Below the pieces are notes generated by a model. The model was not told the DNA's origin and did not search any database. It saw only the letters and a list, made by a program, of their open reading frames with translations. From positions 64,001 to 128,000 of the IMG/VR virus record IMGVR_UViG_3300009183_008543: a stretch of 64,000 nucleotides of DNA, one strand, 5' to 3'. A program made the position numbers and the translations under genes. Positions 36,866-46,816 of the stretch are shown one piece after another (within the stretch, counting starts at the first letter, position 1; every line of letters starts with the position of its first letter). This DNA comes from a virus.

Positions 36866-38062
36866 TTACTTTGATTTTTGAGTACCCATCAAACTTTTAA
36901 TTGCATCTAAAATTTGATTATTTCTAATTTCATCATCACGCATATTCGGATCATTAGGATTTCCATTTCCAAAGTTAATTTCGGTGGTACGAATATTATT
37001 CTTATCAAGCTCTCCACTTTCCAACGCCTTATCGACATGATACTTAACACTATTGGTATAGTTGTAAGGCAAAATTTGTGTGATCCCGACTAAATTAATA
37101 TCCTTTTCTGGAAATGATTCTTTTAATGTGTTGATAAATACTTGATTATCATCGCCCCAATTATCTCCATCCGTAAAGTAAAAAACATAAATGTTCCACT
37201 TTTGCGGAGGGTATCTATTCTCAAATTGCTTTTGAATAAATTTCAAAGCAGAAGAACAAGTTGTTCCTCCACCATATCGGTAGTTATAAAACTTTTCTTC
37301 ATCTACTTCCATGGCAAGAGAATCGTGCCACACAAAAAGTCGATCAACTCTTTTGTAAAATTGTCTAATCCAAACATCAATCCACCAAGCCATATCTGAG
37401 ACGATCTCGCATTTAGCTTGATCCATCGATCCAGATCCATCACGGGCATAAATGATCAAAGCATTGCTAGAAGGAACTTTAACTTCTTTATATTGCCTAT
37501 AACGCTTGTCACGCTTAATTGGCTTGATTGTCTTCATGGGCATGCTAAGACCCGGAACTATTTCAAAATTATTAGCAGTTCCATCTGCACATTGCCTTTT
37601 TAAAGCTTCGATAAAAGTTCTTCTATTATGACGCAAAGATTCGGGACCAACCAAAGATATATTATTATATTTGATTTTTACTTCATCGAATGTATCATTT
37701 ACTTTTGGCTTTAAATTTGGCAATTCCAGTTCATCTTGCATGAACTTCAATACAGTTTCCAAATCAAGACTTACGGTGATTCCTTCACCTTCATCCTGAG
37801 TTGCTCCATTGCCCTTTCCTTTTTTACCCTTATCAATGACATCGCCATCCTTGCCTTTACCTCTGCCGATGCCATTGCCGTTATCACCATAAAGAATTTG
37901 AGGAATATCAATTTTTGGAATTGTGATAGAAATTTTACCTCGTTTGCCACGAGATTTTACTATCTGTCCAGATTTGATAAACTTTTTAAGTGCTTTACGA
38001 AGTTTGCCTGAGACAACATCTATAAAGTCTTTATGATCTTCTTCAATTCTGCGTGGACACAT
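36866..38062 (-). CDS. yeaH: YeaH/YhbH (DUF444) vWA-like protein
   Basis: DELELPNLKPK, DGSGSM (MIDAS), GGGTTCSSA, RYPPQKWNIYVFYFTDGDNW. Confidence 0.93.
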   Translation of the reverse strand: MCPRRIEEDHKDFIDVVSGKLRKALKKFIKSGQIVKSRGKRGKISITIPKIDIPQILYGDNGNGIGRGKGKDGDVIDKGKKGKGNGATQDEGEGITVSLDLETVLKFMQDELELPNLKPKVNDTFDEVKIKYNNISLVGPESLRHNRRTFIEALKRQCADGTANNFEIVPGLSMPMKTIKPIKRDKRYRQYKEVKVPSSNALIIYARDGSGSMDQAKCEIVSDMAWWIDVWIRQFYKRVDRLFVWHDSLAMEVDEEKFYNYRYGGGTTCSSALKFIQKQFENRYPPQKWNIYVFYFTDGDNWGDDNQVFINTLKESFPEKDINLVGITQILPYNYTNSVKYHVDKALESGELDKNNIRTTEINFGNGNPNDPNMRDDEIRNNQILDAIKSLMGTQKSK

Positions 38063-38068
38063 GTTCTA

Positions 38069-40141
38069 TTATTCCTCGGCTAGATCGCCTCTTGCAAATA
38101 TAGATCCAACAAAATCCAGAACATCAGTTGCAGATCTTTCGTTATAACCATACTGTTTGATAAGGCGAGTTTTAATCGCATCTATTTTTTCTTGAATATC
38201 CTTATCAACCACAGTTGCTCCGCTAACATTAAGTGCGGACAACTTAATGGTATCTTTTACATCTTCAAAAAGCTTTGCTTCTAAAGCTTTTCTCAATTTT
38301 GGATTAGAATCCCAACTAAATTGCTTGTGCTTGATTGCAAGGTCGCCAATAAAAGCAGCTATCTGCCTACGGAAATCATCAGCACCCGGTTCTGGTATAT
38401 CGATCTTAGATTCAATGGCTCGCATCAATCTTTCGTCAGGCTTTCTATCTTGCCCTGTGATTGGGTCTTTAATCTTACTTTTGTTGATATACGCCATGAT
38501 ATTATCAATGTAATTGGCACAAAGTCGAATGATCGCATCTTCGTCACCAACAAGAGCCTTCTGAACTTCGGCTTTTAAAATTTCAGTCAACTTCTTAACC
38601 ACCAAATCAATGCATGTGATATATCGACCAACATCATCCTTATTGTTCAACAAAGAACTTCCTTCTAAACCTTCACGAAGCTCATTCAGAACCATGAACA
38701 TATTTACATAGTCATGATTATTGGCTAAACAATTTGAAAGCTTATCTTGAACATAACGAACTGAAACACCACGGGTCATACCCTCATCAGGATACCTATC
38801 CTTCAATTCCTTGACTTGCTCTTCTGTCCATCCAGAAAGAAGCTTGCCGTCATAAAGCTCTGCTTTTTCGACTAAGGAAATTTTACCATCCTTATCATCA
38901 TGAAGTCTGGTTAGAACTGCCCATAGAGCAGCAACTTCAAGTGTGTGTGGTGCGATATGTTGTTTGACCCTATCTACACCATAATCTTTTTCCAAGATTT
39001 TAAGTTCTTCGCCCCATCGAAGAGTATAAGGAACATCGATCTTTACAGTCCTATCACGCAACGCTTCCATATATTGGTTGCTTCGAAGCCTTTCGTATTC
39101 AGGACTATTGGTATGACAAAATATTGCCTCATCAATAGAAACTTGTGCAAACTTCTTTGGCTTAATACTTTGTTCTTGGCTTGCACCCAATAGATCATAT
39201 AAAAATGCTTGATCTAACTTCAAAGCTTCTATAAACTCTATCATTCCCCTGTTTCCGACACAAAATTCTCCGTCAAAATTAAAGCTTCTTGGGTCAGAGT
39301 CAGAACCAAAAGTGCTGATGCGACTAAAATTAATATCGCCTGTGAGTTCTGTAGAGTCTTGATTTTTTTCATCTTTAGGTTGGAATGTGGCGATACCAAC
39401 ACGATCTGCTTCGCTATATGTTTTTCGAATTACTCGAATATGTTTTTCAAGAACTTTTTCGAGATCTCCATCATACCTAATCAAAAGTTCTTTCATGAAG
39501 AACTTGCATCTTGGATCAAGCTCTCCCTCACACTTCAATACATATAGTTCATTTCTTTCTTCTGCAGATACAGACTCAGAAAGAACTCGATTCAAATCAT
39601 CCATAATGGGTTTACGAATTTCTGGCGGGAGCAACTTAAGTGGCTGCTCATGCATTGGGCATTCATCTTCTTCTTTGACATAAATTCCATCTTGTCCAGT
39701 CGGAAGATTTATCCATTTGAAAGTATACCAAGCACCGGCATCGGTTGTAGAATAGTTTTCCAATTCTCGCTTGAACAATCTACAGATTGTAGATTTAGAG
39801 CTACCTACAGGTCCGTGCAAAAGAAGAATTCTTTTTTCAGTACCAAAATATCCAGCTGCACCTTTGATGAACTTAACCAAAGAATCCTTAGTTGGTGTCA
39901 GACCAATGATTGGACATTCCTGATTATCAAAGAAATTATAATGTTTGTATGTCTTTCTATATTCTTCAACGGCATGACAGCCCTTTTCCATAATCATGTC
40001 GTAAATCATTTGCCAAGAATTACGGACAAGTCTTGGCTGCTGATAGCACAGATCAATGTATTCGGAAAATGACATTTCTCCGTTAAGAATTTTAAATTTG
40101 CTTTGATTGAATCTACCTATAAATCTTTTAAGTTCGTCCAT
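38069..40141 (-). CDS. prkA: PrkA/YeaG AAA+ serine protein kinase family
   Basis: LLLHGPVGSSKST, CPMHEQPL, QPKDEKNQDSTELTG, NRGMIEFIE, EALRDR, HIAPHTLE. Confidence 0.96.
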   Translation of the reverse strand: MDELKRFIGRFNQSKFKILNGEMSFSEYIDLCYQQPRLVRNSWQMIYDMIMEKGCHAVEEYRKTYKHYNFFDNQECPIIGLTPTKDSLVKFIKGAAGYFGTEKRILLLHGPVGSSKSTICRLFKRELENYSTTDAGAWYTFKWINLPTGQDGIYVKEEDECPMHEQPLKLLPPEIRKPIMDDLNRVLSESVSAEERNELYVLKCEGELDPRCKFFMKELLIRYDGDLEKVLEKHIRVIRKTYSEADRVGIATFQPKDEKNQDSTELTGDINFSRISTFGSDSDPRSFNFDGEFCVGNRGMIEFIEALKLDQAFLYDLLGASQEQSIKPKKFAQVSIDEAIFCHTNSPEYERLRSNQYMEALRDRTVKIDVPYTLRWGEELKILEKDYGVDRVKQHIAPHTLEVAALWAVLTRLHDDKDGKISLVEKAELYDGKLLSGWTEEQVKELKDRYPDEGMTRGVSVRYVQDKLSNCLANNHDYVNMFMVLNELREGLEGSSLLNNKDDVGRYITCIDLVVKKLTEILKAEVQKALVGDEDAIIRLCANYIDNIMAYINKSKIKDPITGQDRKPDERLMRAIESKIDIPEPGADDFRRQIAAFIGDLAIKHKQFSWDSNPKLRKALEAKLFEDVKDTIKLSALNVSGATVVDKDIQEKIDAIKTRLIKQYGYNERSATDVLDFVGSIFARGDLAEE

Positions 40142-40224
40142 TTAAGTCTCCAATAAAAATCTAGTTAATTAGATCTGCATTATTATAAGGTGAGTTTACA
40201 AAATTAAAAAAGACATATAAATGA

Positions 40225-40572
40225 TTATTTTACTTCGCCCCATGAAGAATCACTATCAATATCATTTATTGGACTATATGGTTCTGATCCCATATGACTA
40301 TTTTCTTTTGCATTTTTTCTTTGATCTCGGACACCGCCCGGACGATCAACATTGAAATTATGTCGATAATCATGCCCTTTTGAATCACTATTCCAGACAT
40401 CTGTTCCTACTGGATTTGTGAAACTAAAGCGACAAGTCGTCAATAATTTATTCTTCAATTTTGATTTACATTTAGGGCAGGAAACTTTTGAATATTTTCC
40501 AGTTTTATCGTATTCCGCTACTTCTTCCCATACTTTTGTACATTTCTTGCATTCGAACGCATATGTTGGCAT
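40225..40572 (-). CDS. FmdB-family zinc-ribbon protein
   Basis: MPTYAFECKKC...CPKCKS. Confidence 0.8.
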   Translation of the reverse strand: MPTYAFECKKCTKVWEEVAEYDKTGKYSKVSCPKCKSKLKNKLLTTCRFSFTNPVGTDVWNSDSKGHDYRHNFNVDRPGGVRDQRKNAKENSHMGSEPYSPINDIDSDSSWGEVK

Positions 40573-40582
40573 AAATATATTC

Positions 40583-40858
40583 CTAAATTTCTTGTAGATC
40601 TCGCAACTGAAAATATACCTTCGAGATCATGCTTAATTGAGTTTGCAAACTATAAAACTTCCAAAAGAAAGATTTTTCGCAGACTTTTATAGATTTGGCA
40701 ATTAACTTTTGATTTAAAGCCAAATATGTAAGCTCAACACCTTCTTGCTGTAAGGCTTGGTCTTCTGCTATCAGTTCTTTATATTCTTGTGGTGAGATTG
40801 GAGGTTCATTTGGTTCATCTTCATTCTCTTCATCATCATAATAATCAAATCGTTTCAT
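40583..40858 (-). CDS. Hypothetical protein
   Basis: 91 aa, GAGGAG RBS, acidic N-terminus. Confidence 0.65.
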   Translation of the reverse strand: MKRFDYYDDEENEDEPNEPPISPQEYKELIAEDQALQQEGVELTYLALNQKLIAKSIKVCEKSFFWKFYSLQTQLSMISKVYFQLRDLQEI

Positions 40859-40867
40859 TTTTTCTCC

Positions 40868-41485
40868 TCAACAAACACTATGGAAAACATTACATGCATC
40901 TTTCCATATATTTGAAAATCGTCTTTCATTAATAGTAAGCATCACATTGTCATGTTTGGAATAGACACTCAATGGATTCCCAAGTTTATTTATCCATGAA
41001 TCTGTATTAAAGTTCCCCCACCCAGAAGAATATGAAACAAATCTAGAAAATTTATTTTCTTTGACATTAGCAAATAAATTTTCATTTTTTACAACATCAT
41101 CAACTTCGTTATACAAAATATAACAATTTTCTTTTTTATAATTTTGCTTCGAACTGATGATGTTTTCTTCGGCATCTAATTCTTTCAAGCAAATTATGTC
41201 TGGTGATATAACAAGCACGGGATATTTAACATAAGATTTTTTAAGAGCATAGTTCAAGCAAGAAATTGGATTATCATTTTTTGTTATTTCGAATGTAACG
41301 CCAAGACGCTTAGTCCAATTAAATAAATTGAATTTCATATCTTTTCGATTACACAATATTGAAATTTTTGCATCTGGAAGATTTTGCTGGAAAGAATACC
41401 AACTAAGAAATGTCATCCAATCATGATGCAAAAGATGCGAACAACAAATCAAAACGCTTAGATTTTCACCTGTATAACTTATCAT
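40868..41485 (-). CDS. Hypothetical protein, possibly a degenerate GT-A fold
   Basis: LSWYSFQQNLPDAKI and VLVISPDII loosely resemble GT-A elements. Confidence 0.55.
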   Translation of the reverse strand: MISYTGENLSVLICCSHLLHHDWMTFLSWYSFQQNLPDAKISILCNRKDMKFNLFNWTKRLGVTFEITKNDNPISCLNYALKKSYVKYPVLVISPDIICLKELDAEENIISSKQNYKKENCYILYNEVDDVVKNENLFANVKENKFSRFVSYSSGWGNFNTDSWINKLGNPLSVYSKHDNVMLTINERRFSNIWKDACNVFHSVC

Positions 41486-41497
41486 GATCTAATGGAG

Positions 41498-41653
41498 TTA
41501 TTTTTTCTTTTTATTCAAGTGCAAAGGAGAAAAGAGGCTGAAAATTGGCTTTGCTGGCTTTACACTTTTAGACATTAATTGTGTAGGAGAATTTGAACCT
41601 CTAGAATTGAAGCCATACATCTTCTCATTTAAAAACTGCTGAAAAGTTTTCAT
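41498..41653 (-). CDS. 51-aa basic protein with capsid-targeting-like N-terminus (not in the ORF track)
   Basis: MKTFQQFLNEKMYGFNSRG...LNKKKK; GGAG upstream. Confidence 0.7.
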   Translation of the reverse strand: MKTFQQFLNEKMYGFNSRGSNSPTQLMSKSVKPAKPIFSLFSPLHLNKKKK

Positions 41654-41656
41654 TTA

Positions 41657-41947
41657 TTACTTTGGAACTCCAGTCGTAGCTTTAGCCTGATCTTTTTGAG
41701 CAGCATCCAATTGATTTTTAATTGTTTTTTGTAATGCTGCTGGATTAAGTGCGACTGGACTTTTAGATTTCAACATCAGATTTTTAACTTCTGTATCTTT
41801 TGTGATCTTGTCGGCAATTGCACTTGGATTTTTTCCAATCTTTGGGTCTGCAGATAGCATCGCTGATTTTCCTTGAATGGCTCCAGAAAGTTGTGCATCA
41901 AAATCACCATCTTCTGTAATTTTCAACCAATTTTTGAATGAATTCAT
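41657..41947 (-). CDS. Small protein with capsid-targeting-like N-terminus
   Basis: MNSFKNWLKITE; AAGGAG RBS; CTATATA upstream. Confidence 0.7.
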   Translation of the reverse strand: MNSFKNWLKITEDGDFDAQLSGAIQGKSAMLSADPKIGKNPSAIADKITKDTEVKNLMLKSKSPVALNPAALQKTIKNQLDAAQKDQAKATTGVPK

Positions 41948-41988
41948 ATTTACTCCTTATAAACATATATATAGAAGAAAGGAATAAA

Positions 41989-42192
41989 ATGAAAAAATGT
42001 TGTTTAACTAGAGTTTTGTTTGGTATGATTTTTGGTTTTTTTCTAAGTATTTTCGTAATGTATTCACAACTTTCTGGTGTCAAAAATCAACTTAAACATG
42101 ATCATAAAACATGTAGCATGTGTGTATGTGAAAAAAAATGCAATTGTCCTCACGAAAATGACAAATGTAAAAACAAATGCTTGTGTGATTAA
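41989..42192 (+). CDS. Membrane peptide with metallothionein-like Cys tail
   Basis: AAGGA RBS; TM helix, then CSMCVCEKKCNCPHENDKCKNKCLCD. Confidence 0.6.
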   Translation: MKKCCLTRVLFGMIFGFFLSIFVMYSQLSGVKNQLKHDHKTCSMCVCEKKCNCPHENDKCKNKCLCD

Positions 42193-43577
42193 ATTATTTT
42201 ATTGATAATTGAATCGATTATATTTGTTGTTGACAATCCATCAACAAATGGAGCAAAAACAACCTTTCCAGCATGATCTCTGCCAACTACTTCCTTGTCA
42301 ATATAATCATGACCTTTTACCAAAACCTCTGGATTTAAATGCTTGATGATTTCAATTGGTGTGTCTTCTTCAAAACAAGCAACATAATCAACACATTCCA
42401 ATGCAGCGAGCATTTGCATTCGATGTTGAATTTTATTCACAGGGCGACCCGGCTTTAACTTTCCAACCGACTCATCACTATTGACAGCAACAAGAAGTTT
42501 ATCACCTTGCTTTTTAGCAAATTCTAAACTCTCTATATGCCCTGCATGTAAAATATCAAAACATCCATTTGTAACGACCAGCTTAAAATCTCTTTTTTTA
42601 AATATCTTGTAATCAACAATTTTGGAAGAACTTCCAATAACTGTTTTTTTAATTGTGTCGATATCTAATGGCTTGTTGTGTTTTTCTGTAACATAAATTA
42701 AACCCATAGAAAATGCGAATTCAGCAGCTTCTTTGAGTGGTATGTTGTTGCCCAAGCATAATCCCAAAAATGCAATAAAACAGTCTCCTGCACCAATAAC
42801 ACTATTGGCTTGTTTGTCTGATTTTGGATTCTTATATTCAAAGTAATTTTCATTAAATCCAAAAAAACCACTTCCTTCTGAAGTTATAATTACAGACTTG
42901 CAATTAGTTTGTTTTATTATTGAATCAATTTGCTTAGGCTTTTCTTTTTCATTGGTAATCGCACAAGCTTCTTGTGTGTTTGGTTTTATTAGTGTGCATC
43001 CTTTCCACTTTGTAATATCTTTTTTTGGATCAACAATCCTTATGGAGCATGGATGTTTTTCTGCCAAAGAAGAAACAATTGAATTAGCAAATAATCCTTT
43101 GTCATAATCAGAAAATATCAAAACATCAAAATCTTTTGACATAATTTTTTTGCAAAGATTTTCAGAAACTTCCTGCAATTCATCTTTGTTCATGCCATAA
43201 TTATTTTTCTCGACATCCCAACGATATGTCGGAAAATCCGAACTATAAAATCTCTTTTTTCTTGGAACCAAATAAGGGCTTATACTCACCGATAATGATG
43301 TATCAATTTTATTTTTTTGTAAAATTTCATTCGCAGAATCATCTAAGAAAGAACATAGAAATGTATTTTTATTTATATTTTTAAGCTGATATGCAACATT
43401 AGCGGCTCCGCCCGGAAGAATTGCACTTGGCATGCATTCCTCTGAATGCATTACTGGAATTGGAAATTCTGGAGATATTTTTCGAACATTTACATTGAAA
43501 TATTCGTCTAGCATAGAATCTCCAACGATTCCAATTTTTAAATTGCTAGAATTAATTGATTCTATAATATTCTTCAT
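42189..43577 (-). CDS. hldE: Bifunctional heptose-7-phosphate kinase / heptose-1-phosphate adenylyltransferase
   Basis: GDSMLDEY, ISPEFPIPV, GGAANVA, SDYDKG, GAGDCF, TNGCFDILHAGH, NSDESV, GLSTT. Confidence 0.93.
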   Translation of the reverse strand: MKNIIESINSSNLKIGIVGDSMLDEYFNVNVRKISPEFPIPVMHSEECMPSAILPGGAANVAYQLKNINKNTFLCSFLDDSANEILQKNKIDTSLSVSISPYLVPRKKRFYSSDFPTYRWDVEKNNYGMNKDELQEVSENLCKKIMSKDFDVLIFSDYDKGLFANSIVSSLAEKHPCSIRIVDPKKDITKWKGCTLIKPNTQEACAITNEKEKPKQIDSIIKQTNCKSVIITSEGSGFFGFNENYFEYKNPKSDKQANSVIGAGDCFIAFLGLCLGNNIPLKEAAEFAFSMGLIYVTEKHNKPLDIDTIKKTVIGSSSKIVDYKIFKKRDFKLVVTNGCFDILHAGHIESLEFAKKQGDKLLVAVNSDESVGKLKPGRPVNKIQHRMQMLAALECVDYVACFEEDTPIEIIKHLNPEVLVKGHDYIDKEVVGRDHAGKVVFAPFVDGLSTTNIIDSIINKII

Positions 43578-43623
43578 ATGTGCAGCCCAATAATAGATGT
43601 TGCTATTATTTGAGTTACACAAT

Positions 43624-44508
43624 TTATTTTTCTATATTTTTAACAGACAAGCCAAGCATTGCAGCTTTAGTTTTCCATTCTTCCTGTTCTCTTTTATTAT
43701 CTGTTTTTAAAGAATTTACAGATATTCCTCCCAAGGATGAGACCATTGCATCTACTTCCAATTTGGTCAATCTAATCGCTCCACGATGCTCATGATAATC
43801 TTCCCAAGCTTCAACAGCCCAAGGAACAATAGGCTTGATAAGTTCTAGCATAGCATTTGCAAACACTCTAATCTCCCATTGAGCATGAGCATCGCAACGC
43901 AAGGCTAAAAAATGCAAAAGATTATGCAGATCCACTTTCCAATACCACTCTGTATACAAATTGACTGGTAGGAGCATTCTGGCTTGTTCTCTAGCAACAC
44001 CATTTTGAATTGCTTTTTCGTATTCCTCATATGATTGATTGCAGATAAAATCTATTTTTTCAATAAATCCATAGGCATCAGTTTCATTTATTGATCCACT
44101 ACCTCCTTGTTTGTTTACTGACGATTGTTGTCTCACATTTTCAATTTCTGGTTTATAGAATTCATCCTTCATCATTGAATATCTTCCACTGTATTCATTC
44201 AAATTTGCAGTTCTGTGGCGCACCATTTGTCTGGCGATGAATATCGGTAATTTAACAGAAAATTTGAATTCAATCATCTCGAATGGAGTTGTGTGCTTGT
44301 GACGAAGTAAATAACGAATTAATCCTCTATCTTCATTAACAGTTTTAGTTCCATCTCCATAAGAAACTCTAGCAGCTTGGACTATTGCGTAATCTGCGGT
44401 CTTCCTATCATCTGGAACAAGTCTTGGCATAACATCAAGAATCGTCACATGACCCTTGTCCAAGCATTTAATTGTTTTTTCAGAAACATTTGTCAAAACA
44501 TCATGCAT
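43624..44508 (-). CDS. thyX: FAD-dependent thymidylate synthase
   Basis: AARVSY, HTTPFE, RHRTANLNEYSGRY, REQAR, LRCDAHAQWEIR. Confidence 0.97.
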   Translation of the reverse strand: MHDVLTNVSEKTIKCLDKGHVTILDVMPRLVPDDRKTADYAIVQAARVSYGDGTKTVNEDRGLIRYLLRHKHTTPFEMIEFKFSVKLPIFIARQMVRHRTANLNEYSGRYSMMKDEFYKPEIENVRQQSSVNKQGGSGSINETDAYGFIEKIDFICNQSYEEYEKAIQNGVAREQARMLLPVNLYTEWYWKVDLHNLLHFLALRCDAHAQWEIRVFANAMLELIKPIVPWAVEAWEDYHEHRGAIRLTKLEVDAMVSSLGGISVNSLKTDNKREQEEWKTKAAMLGLSVKNIEK

Positions 44509-44638
44509 GAGATAACTCCAAAATAGTTAAATCTTATTCTATGAATTTATATTATAAAAAAAATAAAGGGAAATGAGAATAGCAATTAGAACCAACCTAT
44601 GTCTCCCATGACAACATCTGGCAGATTAGGAAACATTT

Positions 44639-44842
44639 TTAAAATTTTACTTTTTTTCTTTTTTTTTTCTCAAGATCATCAACAGTTATCAAACTTGGCG
44701 ATTGTCTAGTCACTGTTCCAATGCCAATAGGTCTAGCAAATTTCGCAACATCACCAGTCGATGTCATTCCGCCACCACCCGCAGCTGGTGCTGCTGCTGT
44801 TGCGACTTCATTTTGTTTCAACCATTCTTTGAACGATATCAT
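44639..44842 (-). CDS. Small protein with capsid-targeting-like N-terminus
   Basis: True start ATG 44842 (ATGA overlap, GGAGG RBS): MISFKEWLKQNE...TSTGDVA...KKKRKK. Confidence 0.7.
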   Translation of the reverse strand: MISFKEWLKQNEVATAAAPAAGGGGMTSTGDVAKFARPIGIGTVTRQSPSLITVDDLEKKKRKKVKF

Positions 44843-45315
44843 GTCATTCCTCCCATACCTGCATCTGGAGGCATACCACCTGCATCTGCCGGTGGTGGTG
44901 CAGGAACCCATGCAGTTGTCAAAAATTTTACAAGTTCATCACGACTTAAATAATATTTATCTTTATCTGGTGTAGCCCTATTAAGGCTTCCATTTTTGAG
45001 AAAGCTTCTCATTCCCTTGTTTGGCTTTAAACGAATATATGCTCCATTTTTAGAAATCGAGTCTGGATCGATTTCCCAAGAAGATGCTTTATATGACATT
45101 TCGTGATTTGGCTTGCCCATCATGAAATGAGTTGAAACCCAAGGCTCTGAAGCCAAAAGTGAAGATAAATCTTTCCATTTAATTCCAAACTCATCTTCGA
45201 GTGTATCAATATAATCATTTCCAACTGGCGTAGATTCGCTGCCTTCATCTTCTGATTTTTTCTCAGATGAGGGGTCCATTTCTTCAATATATTTTTTGAA
45301 TCCTGCGAAGCTCAT
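44839..45315 (-). CDS. Hypothetical late protein with Pro/Gly/Met-rich tail
   Basis: MSFAGFKKYIEE start, 5 nt after ATATATA. Confidence 0.7.
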   Translation of the reverse strand: MSFAGFKKYIEEMDPSSEKKSEDEGSESTPVGNDYIDTLEDEFGIKWKDLSSLLASEPWVSTHFMMGKPNHEMSYKASSWEIDPDSISKNGAYIRLKPNKGMRSFLKNGSLNRATPDKDKYYLSRDELVKFLTTAWVPAPPPADAGGMPPDAGMGGMT

Positions 45316-45404
45316 ATTTCTATATATAATATTACCTGCCAACTTATGAAGAACAATTAATTAAAATAAACTCTTGTACTGTTCCATAGGAATTTTGTTT
45401 TAGG

Positions 45405-45776
45405 ATGGCGTGGATATATAAATATATGATGAACGATATAGAAAATTTCAAAAACACCATGGCAACTTGGAATACATATCTTCTTAAGGAAGATAAGATT
45501 CAAAATTTTTTTGATGAAAATGAATTAATTTTCTTTTTTCAAAAAGGTGACAATATCTATGGAGCAAACGAAGATGGCAGATTGACATTTGCCACAATGA
45601 ATGACAAAAAAGAAGATAAAAGAGTTCGAGACGAAATTAGAGTCCTTGCAATAAATCTCGTCAAAAGTATCAATGACGAAAAATCAGAATCAATGTTCAA
45701 TATGAAAGAAATGAAAAAAATTAAAATTTTAGACAGAGATGAAGCAGAAAAAATTCTGCACAAAAAAATTAAATGA
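45405..45776 (+). CDS. Hypothetical protein (start probably downstream of TATAAATA at 45417-45424)
   Basis: ORF coupled by ATGA to the next gene. Confidence 0.6.
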   Translation: MAWIYKYMMNDIENFKNTMATWNTYLLKEDKIQNFFDENELIFFFQKGDNIYGANEDGRLTFATMNDKKEDKRVRDEIRVLAINLVKSINDEKSESMFNMKEMKKIKILDRDEAEKILHKKIK

Positions 45777-46444
45777 CATTGCCATTTCAAAAAAATAATC
45801 ATGTTCGCAAATATCAATGTTTCGTATGTGGCAGAGCCTATTACGAATATGACGAGTATAGCAAACACATAAAGGATACTCACGAACTTGGTCGTGATTA
45901 TGTTGTATGCCCACTACAAAGATGTGGTTGTCCAGTCAGAGATTTAAGGCTACATTTCAAATCAAAGCATCCACATGAAAAAGATATTCCAAAGATAGGA
46001 CAAATGCGAGCAACAATCTGGAAAGATATTGATAAAAAAAGTGGAAAATTAAAGCAGCAAAAGCCAAAATTTCGTGAAGGTTATTTCATGTCAGGAAAAA
46101 ATAGAAAAGAAATGCATTATCGAAGTGGCTACGAAGTAGAAGTATATGAACAATTAGAATATTTGCCAGAAGTTATAAAATACGATGTTGAACCATTCAA
46201 AGTTGATTATATTTTTGAAGGAGAAAAGCATGAATACAATCCCGATCTTAGTATTTACTTTATGGATGGACATGTAGAAATATGGGAAATAAAGCCAGCT
46301 AATCAAACGCAATTGCCAAAAAATCACGCTAAGTGGGCTGCGTGTCAACATCACTGCCAAGCAAGAGGTTGGCAGTTTGTAGTTATGACGGAAGTTGGTA
46401 TAGGAAAACTCAAAAGAAGAGTTGACGAAATAACAAGATCTTAA
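45773..46444 (+). CDS. C2H2 zinc fingers fused to a TnsA-like/T4 gp4 head-completion PD-(D/E)xK nuclease
   Basis: CFVC...HIKDTH, CPLQRC...HFKSKH; YRSGYE, YNPD, EIKP, KWAA. Confidence 0.8.
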   Translation: MTLPFQKNNHVRKYQCFVCGRAYYEYDEYSKHIKDTHELGRDYVVCPLQRCGCPVRDLRLHFKSKHPHEKDIPKIGQMRATIWKDIDKKSGKLKQQKPKFREGYFMSGKNRKEMHYRSGYEVEVYEQLEYLPEVIKYDVEPFKVDYIFEGEKHEYNPDLSIYFMDGHVEIWEIKPANQTQLPKNHAKWAACQHHCQARGWQFVVMTEVGIGKLKRRVDEITRS

Positions 46445-46447
46445 AGA

Positions 46448-46816
46448 CTAATCTCCTTTTTCCAATCTAATCGAATCGCTATCTTCATGATGCGTAGAAA
46501 ATTCTATAATTTTAGCTCCATTTTCTCCAGCTATCATTTGATGTCTTAATCCAGTAGGAATATGAAAAGACATTCCTTCTTTTAAAATAATTGATTTTAA
46601 TTCTTCTCCACCCCATCCATATAACATCTCTATATCATTTTCCAAAATAAATAAAACCTCATCCTTTATAGCATGATAATGGATAGAACATTTCTTTTTT
46701 GGATTAAAAAAAAGAATCTTACCACAATATTTTTCATTATTACATATCCATTGTTCATGTCCCCAACCCTTTGGAACAATAATATTTGGATGTAATGTAT
46801 AATTGTTTACTGGCAT
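46448..46816 (-). CDS. Cupin, sugar isomerase-like
   Basis: VPKGWGHEQWI, SIHYHAIKDE, GLRHQM, IEFST. Confidence 0.8.
   Translation of the reverse strand: MPVNNYTLHPNIIVPKGWGHEQWICNNEKYCGKILFFNPKKKCSIHYHAIKDEVLFILENDIEMLYGWGGEELKSIILKEGMSFHIPTGLRHQMIAGENGAKIIEFSTHHEDSDSIRLEKGD

Noticed and set aside
45773-46444. Tn7-like transposon
   Set aside because: No tnsB/C/D or terminal repeats; stand-alone TnsA-like nucleases are normal in T4-like phages.
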